From a virus (taxonomy: Duplodnaviria; Caudoviricetes): DNA of 64,000 nucleotides. The notes beneath the pieces are model-generated. The model ran no database searches and was not told the origin of the DNA. It saw nothing but the letters and a program-made list of their open reading frames with translations. Every line of letters starts with the position of its first letter. The first letter of the stretch is position 1. The position numbers and the translations under genes were made by a program. The stretch is from IMG/VR virus record IMGVR_UViG_3300025838_000023, positions 32,001 to 96,000 of that record; one strand, written 5' to 3'. Below are positions 58,336-64,000 of this stretch, one piece after another.

Positions 58336-58899
58336 TTATTTCTTATAAATTTTAATTCTGTAATCGTAAAATTCTTTAGCATTTCCCCAAAATCTTTCTT
58401 TATCATCAATATCAATTTCCTCTCCGTTTGTCAATAATACAGAGAGTTTATTACCATTTTTATTACCCACATCAATAATACGTTTCCAAAAATCCTCTCC
58501 TTGGGTAGAATGTTTGTTACCACTTACTACAAAATCATAATCTTTTAAATAATAATCAAATAATAGACGAAACGCAAATCCCCTTGATGCTTTCCACTGC
58601 CACACGCTATCAATAAACATTCCTCCATTTTTAATAATATAAATAAATTGTGCTCTGGTTTCCGGTTTTGGTGTAATAAAAGAATCATAAATTATCCCTT
58701 TAATGTTCTCTCTTATACATCGTAATTGGTAATCAAAATAATCTACGTCTACATTTATTGGAATACTTTTAGATAACAACATTTTAGTATCTTCAATATT
58801 ATATGCCAAATTATCCATAACATCTCCATGATATTTTCCTATACGCATTGGAGATTCTGTTAGTATTTTATTTTTGTAATATTCCTTAAATGTTATCAT
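58336..58899 (-). CDS. Tandem paralogue 1 (187 aa), putative internal head protein, GNAT-like
   Basis: MITFKEYYKNKILTE-SPMR. Confidence 0.7.
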   Translation of the reverse strand: MITFKEYYKNKILTESPMRIGKYHGDVMDNLAYNIEDTKMLLSKSIPINVDVDYFDYQLRCIRENIKGIIYDSFITPKPETRAQFIYIIKNGGMFIDSVWQWKASRGFAFRLLFDYYLKDYDFVVSGNKHSTQGEDFWKRIIDVGNKNGNKLSVLLTNGEEIDIDDKERFWGNAKEFYDYRIKIYKK

Positions 58900-58901
58900 A
58901 A

Positions 58902-59465
58902 TTATTTTTTATAAATTTTAATTCTGTAATCATAAAATTCTTGAGTGTTCCCCCAAAACCGTTCTTTATCATCTATGTCAATTTCCTCTCCGTCTCTTAG
59001 TATTACTGAGAGTTTATTACCATTAGAGTTTCCATAATCAATAATACGCTTCCAAAGTTTTTCTCCTTGTGTTGTATGTTTATTATCACTTACTATAAAA
59101 TCATATTTCTTCAAATAAAAATCAGTAAGTATTTTAAATGCTAGTCCCATTTGCGTTTTATATCTCCAAACACTATCAATATATATGCCATTATCCTTTT
59201 CCTTGAAGAAAAAATACGCAATAATTGATGGCATTGGGTCTATAAAATAATCATGAGCCACTTCATTATAAACTTCTCTGACATATTTCATCGGGTAAGA
59301 AAAATATCCCAAGTCTATATCTTTGGATGGAGTGGTTTCTAATAATTCCTTTGTTTCTTCAGTATTTAGAAGTATATGGTCTAAGTATTCTCCAAAATGC
59401 ATACCTGAACGCATTGGAGATTCTGTTAGTATTTTATTTTTGTAATATTCCTTGAATGTTATCAT
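58902..59465 (-). CDS. Tandem paralogue 2 (187 aa)
   Basis: Same termini as neighbours. Confidence 0.7.
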   Translation of the reverse strand: MITFKEYYKNKILTESPMRSGMHFGEYLDHILLNTEETKELLETTPSKDIDLGYFSYPMKYVREVYNEVAHDYFIDPMPSIIAYFFFKEKDNGIYIDSVWRYKTQMGLAFKILTDFYLKKYDFIVSDNKHTTQGEKLWKRIIDYGNSNGNKLSVILRDGEEIDIDDKERFWGNTQEFYDYRIKIYKK

Positions 59466-59467
59466 AA

Positions 59468-60031
59468 TTATTTTTTATAAATTTTAATTCGGTAATCATA
59501 AAATTCTGGAGTGTTCCCCCAAAACCGTTCTTTATCATCTATGTCAATTTCCGTTCCGTTCTTTAATAACACAGAAAGTTTATTTCCATTTTTTGTTCCG
59601 TAATCAATAACACGTTTCCAAAAATCCTCTCCTTGGGTTGTATGTTTATTATCACTAATTATAAAATCATATTTTTGTAAATAATAATCAATCAACAATC
59701 TATATGCCATACCAATTTTCATTTTAAATTGCCAAACACTATCCATTATTATCCCTCCATTAGATTTCTTATACATAAACAATGCAACTATTAATGGCAT
59801 AGGATCAATAAAATAATCATAGTTTATTGTATCATGAACATCATTAATATATTTCAACTGATATGTAAGATATGGCAAATTTAATTCAGTATAGGAATTT
59901 TTATCAATTAGTGTTTTAGCATCATCAACATTTAACGCCATATCATCCATGTAATCAGGAAAATATATACCCAAACGCATTGGAGATTCTGTTAATATTT
60001 TATTTTTATAATATTCCTTAAAAGATTCCAT
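59468..60031 (-). CDS. Tandem paralogue 3 (187 aa)
   Basis: Same termini as neighbours. Confidence 0.7.
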   Translation of the reverse strand: MESFKEYYKNKILTESPMRLGIYFPDYMDDMALNVDDAKTLIDKNSYTELNLPYLTYQLKYINDVHDTINYDYFIDPMPLIVALFMYKKSNGGIIMDSVWQFKMKIGMAYRLLIDYYLQKYDFIISDNKHTTQGEDFWKRVIDYGTKNGNKLSVLLKNGTEIDIDDKERFWGNTPEFYDYRIKIYKK

Positions 60032-60033
60032 AT

Positions 60034-60243
60034 TTATAATTCGTTTAATGATAGGAGAAAATGTGCGAATAATTTAGCTCGATTTTTCATTGTATCAGGA
60101 CAATTATCATCAAAGAACTCGGCAAAAATAATACTTCCATGATTATCATTAACTACCACGCCATGTTCATTGCATTGTTCTAAATACCAAGGTTGTGGAG
60201 CATAATACCTATAATTTTTTAGATTTTCTTTAATATTTTCCAT
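60034..60243 (-). CDS. Hypothetical protein
   Basis: ORF. Confidence 0.5.
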   Translation of the reverse strand: MENIKENLKNYRYYAPQPWYLEQCNEHGVVVNDNHGSIIFAEFFDDNCPDTMKNRAKLFAHFLLSLNEL

Positions 60244-60244
60244 A

Positions 60245-60877
60245 TTATGCTTTCAGTTCATTCACATTATAATTTTTATTTTCAAATCCTTCTATATATT
60301 GAAGTTTTAGTATGTTATATTCTTCATCTTTAATAACATCGATACAATCATCCCAATATTTCTCTTCTTTGTCATTAATAGAACTACCAATAGAATCAAA
60401 ATCTTTTCTTATCAATTTAGGATTTTCATCAAAAAATTTATCCATATAATCAACAATAAATGGAGTTAGTTGTATTGACAATAAATCATTTATTTTTTTA
60501 CCTATGTATTTATTAAAATGATTTCTTTTTATATCAATACCACATTTAACATGTTCTGATATACATTGGTTTGCCTGTTCTTTAAACCTGTCGCTTCCTT
60601 CTAATATTAAATCCGTTACATCTTCAACTTCCCAACAAATAGATTCAAGTGATAATCCTTTTAATTCTAGTTTCCACCCTTCTCTAACTTCTTTCATTCC
60701 AACAACATCATAATAAGGGGCTTTAGATTCATCTCGTATTAAAACCTGCAAACTAATACCATCATAATATGCAGGAAGTTTATCTACAAAATATATATCA
60801 CCTCCAGCACAGTTCACTTCAATTTCTCCTGTTGGATCAAGTTCTTGTAATTGTCGTATTAATTCTTTAGATTTCAT
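60245..60877 (-). CDS. Hypothetical protein
   Basis: LQELDP.GE; PAYYDG. Confidence 0.55.
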   Translation of the reverse strand: MKSKELIRQLQELDPTGEIEVNCAGGDIYFVDKLPAYYDGISLQVLIRDESKAPYYDVVGMKEVREGWKLELKGLSLESICWEVEDVTDLILEGSDRFKEQANQCISEHVKCGIDIKRNHFNKYIGKKINDLLSIQLTPFIVDYMDKFFDENPKLIRKDFDSIGSSINDKEEKYWDDCIDVIKDEEYNILKLQYIEGFENKNYNVNELKA

Positions 60878-61485
60878 GCCATCATCGTTCCTTTTGTTTT
60901 AATAACCATTCCATCTTTCACGATAGCTACCCCTGCTGATCCACAAAGTATTCCAAGATCATCCCAAGTATATAATTCTTCACCTTCTTTTAGTTCGATT
61001 TTAGTATTACCAATAATTCTCCGTTGATGTTCTGAATCAGGAGAATATGGTATTAAATTGCCTCCTGCTTTTGAAATTGGATAAGGAGATTTCTCAATAA
61101 AAAATCCAGATTCTTCTTTTCTATACGTATCATAAATTACAAATTGCCCATATGTTGCTTTCCATGACACCCAAATATCATCTACAATTTTCTCATGAGA
61201 ATGTCGAAGTTCCATATACTCTTTATTTGGTTTAGGAATAGGAGCACCAATTTTCTCTTCCAATTGTTCTATCTGATAAAGAAGAGTTTTAGCACTATCA
61301 ATTGCTGCATCTTCTGTTGACCCCATACCTAAAACACCTAAATGTTTAAAATAAGGGCGGAAAATAACACATCTCACAAAAGGACCATAGGCATCATCAT
61401 AATCCATAAGAATACGATATCGATTTTTATCACTACGTTTTGCGCCAGTTCCATGTTGCCATAGTTTATCTATTTGTTCATTCAT
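60874..61485 (-). CDS. Hypothetical protein
   Basis: ORF. Confidence 0.5.
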   Translation of the reverse strand: MNEQIDKLWQHGTGAKRSDKNRYRILMDYDDAYGPFVRCVIFRPYFKHLGVLGMGSTEDAAIDSAKTLLYQIEQLEEKIGAPIPKPNKEYMELRHSHEKIVDDIWVSWKATYGQFVIYDTYRKEESGFFIEKSPYPISKAGGNLIPYSPDSEHQRRIIGNTKIELKEGEELYTWDDLGILCGSAGVAIVKDGMVIKTKGTMMA

Positions 61486-61856
61486 AATTTTTTATTTCCA
61501 ATTAAAAGAGGAACCATATCTAATAAACAAGAACGGAAATCCTCATCAGTTTCCACTTCTCTTCCATTCCAATAAATATTACCATCTTTATTAATTCTAA
61601 TAATCTCTTTATTTTCAACTACTATAAGGAGAGGAACGAAATTATTAAGAGTATCATCTACAACAACGAAAGCTTCTTTTTTCCCCATTAGTTTCTTAAT
61701 ATTATTTGATTGTTCTAAAATTTTCAACGCTTCGTCTTCGTCCACTTCCCAAACCCCTCCACTAAATTGTCCACCACCAGAAAATCTTGGAGGATTTGAA
61801 TCAGGGATTAAAAAATATCCAATCTTTTCTAATTGTTCTATATCAGTTTGGTTCAT
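61482..61856 (-). CDS. Hypothetical protein
   Basis: ORF. Confidence 0.5.
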   Translation of the reverse strand: MNQTDIEQLEKIGYFLIPDSNPPRFSGGGQFSGGVWEVDEDEALKILEQSNNIKKLMGKKEAFVVVDDTLNNFVPLLIVVENKEIIRINKDGNIYWNGREVETDEDFRSCLLDMVPLLIGNKKL

Positions 61857-62791
61857 ATAATATTGTAATCACATTTTAATAACGACTTTAATTCTTTCCC
61901 ACCACTATATGAGATACTAGACTGAAGTGCCATAGTGATTTCATCGATTCTTTCTTCCACAGTAACGCCAGAATCCATAACTAATGAAATTCCTTCGATG
62001 TGTCTATTTTCTTTCTTAACTGCAAATGATGTTGAGCCATTATATTGTTTCTTGCCGTTTACTATTTCTGCTGGAGAGTTTATACATTCGGCAAACAGAC
62101 CACCCGCCATTATCATTGTGGCACCTGCATTGATAGCTTTGGCAATATCCCCCATATACTTCACACCACCATCAGCAATAACAGGAATTTGTATATCCGA
62201 ATCACAAATATCTTTAATGCAAGTATACATAGGAACATGAAATCCAGTTTGATATCTCGTACTACAAATTTTTCCTCCTCCAATTCCTGCCTTAACACAA
62301 GATGCTCCCCATATTTCCAAAGATTTTGCGGCTTCTGCTGTCGCTACATTTCCTGCAATAATTTTGGTGTTTGGAAATTTGTTTTTTATCCATTCAATTT
62401 GTTTCCACACCTTTAGATGAAAGCCGTGTGCCACATCGATTGTAATAACATCTATATTATATCCGTCAATAGATATTTTTTCTAATGATTGTTTACTAAC
62501 ATCATTTACTCCAGTGCTAATGCTCGCAAGTTTCCAATTTTCTTCATTTGCACGTTTAACAAATTCATGATTATCTACATCAAATCTATGCATGATATAG
62601 AAAAGATCATTCTCACTAAACCATTTTGCTAATGTGGGATTAATTACATCCTTCATATTAGCAGGGATGATAGGAAGTTTGAATTTTCTTCCTAAAAAAT
62701 CTACGCTAGTATCTGCTAATGATCGAGAAGATAAATCAGAATAATCTGGTATTAAAAGAACGTTATCATATGCTAAAGCTTTTGTTTTCAT
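61853..62791 (-). CDS. guaC: GMP reductase
   Basis: PANM, YIMHRF, ITIDVAHG, IAGNVAT, GIGGGKICST, IADGG, LQSSISYSGG. Confidence 0.88.
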   Translation of the reverse strand: MKTKALAYDNVLLIPDYSDLSSRSLADTSVDFLGRKFKLPIIPANMKDVINPTLAKWFSENDLFYIMHRFDVDNHEFVKRANEENWKLASISTGVNDVSKQSLEKISIDGYNIDVITIDVAHGFHLKVWKQIEWIKNKFPNTKIIAGNVATAEAAKSLEIWGASCVKAGIGGGKICSTRYQTGFHVPMYTCIKDICDSDIQIPVIADGGVKYMGDIAKAINAGATMIMAGGLFAECINSPAEIVNGKKQYNGSTSFAVKKENRHIEGISLVMDSGVTVEERIDEITMALQSSISYSGGKELKSLLKCDYNII

Positions 62792-62934
62792 ATTATTTCA
62801 AATCAGTAAATTCTACAGGCATTTTATTTCCTTTTTTATGTCCCGTCAAGATTTTAATTTGAACCCAACCTTTTACGGTAAGTTCTTTTACGATTTCAAC
62901 TTCTTGTTTATTATAAGTGTATTTTTTTGACATA

Positions 62935-63162
62935 TTAATAGATTTTAACAAATGTTCCTTCATCCAGAGATTTTCTTATGTACCGCATTAGGAATATCGC
63001 ACGTTCTTGAGCATTAAAAGTTGCATTTCCGATATCACTAATTGGAACAGGAAATTGATAGATGGAATTTAAATAGTTCACAGTATAATACAAAATGCTT
63101 TCTCTATAATGAGAGAAAACTACAGTATTATCTTTGATGATATCTTTAATATTTGGTTTCAT
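62935..63162 (-). CDS. Conserved phage hypothetical protein
   Basis: FPVPISDIGNATF..MRYIRK. Confidence 0.6.
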   Translation of the reverse strand: MKPNIKDIIKDNTVVFSHYRESILYYTVNYLNSIYQFPVPISDIGNATFNAQERAIFLMRYIRKSLDEGTFVKIY

Positions 63163-63218
63163 TGTTAAATTCTATTATAATTTTTATGTTTTGTCAACTC
63201 TTTTATCCAATTCCCAAT

Positions 63219-64000
63219 CTAATAAAACTCAATACATAATACAGCATTTTTAAGATAAATCAAGAAAATTATTACACAATCAAATTTATTTTAAAAATGA
63301 TTCATTTTATCTCTAGTTTTTAATACAAATTAGGTTAAATATAAATGGATGTAATAATCCATAGATGATAACAATTAAAGCAAAGATAAAAAACGAAATA
63401 CATATTGAAGACTATATACGTCAATTCAATAATGTAAAGAGATTTGCTTTTAATAGATTCTTAGAAGAAAAATCACTATCAGAAGTATATCATCTTTCTT
63501 GTAAAACTCTAAATAACTGTGACTTGTTAGATGCATCATTCAGAGAATCTGCTGTATTCAAAGCTAAAGAATTATATGATACAGGTAATCATAAAGTTAT
63601 CTTCGGAGGAAGAAACAATTTCAATAAACTAAAATATAAGAAAGAGTCTGCTTTGCCACTTAAAAAAAATGTATGGCTTTATTCTCAAGGAAGATCAAAT
63701 TTTAAAGGAAATAGAAAGTTTAATTTCGATTTAACGAATAATAAGATTACATTTAAACCCGAAAGAGGTATTAAAATAGATATAGAATTTGAGAATGTAT
63801 CAAAGAATGAAAGAAAGTTATTAGATGAAGCACAGTTCTTAGCTCAACAAAAGCAATGTCCAATATCAGTTTCATTATCGCAAGAATACGTTTTATTTTC
63901 TATAGATGAAACAATAATAAAACAAAATAGAACTAAAATAATTAAAAATAGAATATTATCTTTAGATTCAAATCCAGAAAACATAGGAATTAGCATTATT
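63219..64000 (+). mobile_element. tnpB-only IS607-like element (3'-partial), likely parent family of mini-element A
   Basis: Starts TCT-aataaaactcaatacataat.., matching the left end of mini-element A. Confidence 0.75.
63365..64000 (+). CDS. tnpB: TnpB (3'-partial), same subfamily as 11356-12729
   Basis: MITIK..RFAFNR..IFGGR.NF..GNRKF..RILSLDSNPENIG (RuvC-I). Confidence 0.85.
   Translation, partial: MITIKAKIKNEIHIEDYIRQFNNVKRFAFNRFLEEKSLSEVYHLSCKTLNNCDLLDASFRESAVFKAKELYDTGNHKVIFGGRNNFNKLKYKKESALPLKKNVWLYSQGRSNFKGNRKFNFDLTNNKITFKPERGIKIDIEFENVSKNERKLLDEAQFLAQQKQCPISVSLSQEYVLFSIDETIIKQNRTKIIKNRILSLDSNPENIGISII

Noticed and set aside
58336-60031. Diversity-generating retroelement
   Set aside because: No reverse transcriptase in the window; differences are not adenine-specific; all copies are full genes.

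Overview
AT-rich segment of a jumbo/huge phage genome (standard genetic code, almost all genes on the - strand). The host is probably a Verrucomicrobium, inferred from the GroEL/ThrRS style and a PEP-CTERM protein. 1-31 kb: accessory genes, including two SF1 helicases, homing endonucleases, an IS607 (tnpA+tnpB), an NAMPT + NadM-Nudix NAD salvage pair, GroEL, RfbB, five YopX paralogues and putative capsid-packaged protein families. 31-55 kb: a translation/RNA island with a GOLLD-like giant ncRNA carrying an embedded tRNA, Hsp20, a truncated ThrRS, RfbC, about 49 tRNAs covering all 20 amino acids (many non-canonical), tmRNA, a minimal RNase P RNA and several tRNA-like RNAs with large inserts. 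Most notable: the tRNA array is preceded by three tandem sigma70 promoters, a 43-codon leader ORF using 35 different codons, and mutually exclusive antiterminator/terminator hairpins. This looks like a ribosome-stalling attenuator that would switch on the tRNA array when any tRNA runs short. Also notable: two families of ~370-440 bp non-coding IS607-like mini-elements (left end + tnpB 3' end/omegaRNA region) inserted into tRNA-like genes, a promoter and a gene, with a candidate parent tnpB at the window end. All calls are by-eye; no searches were run.
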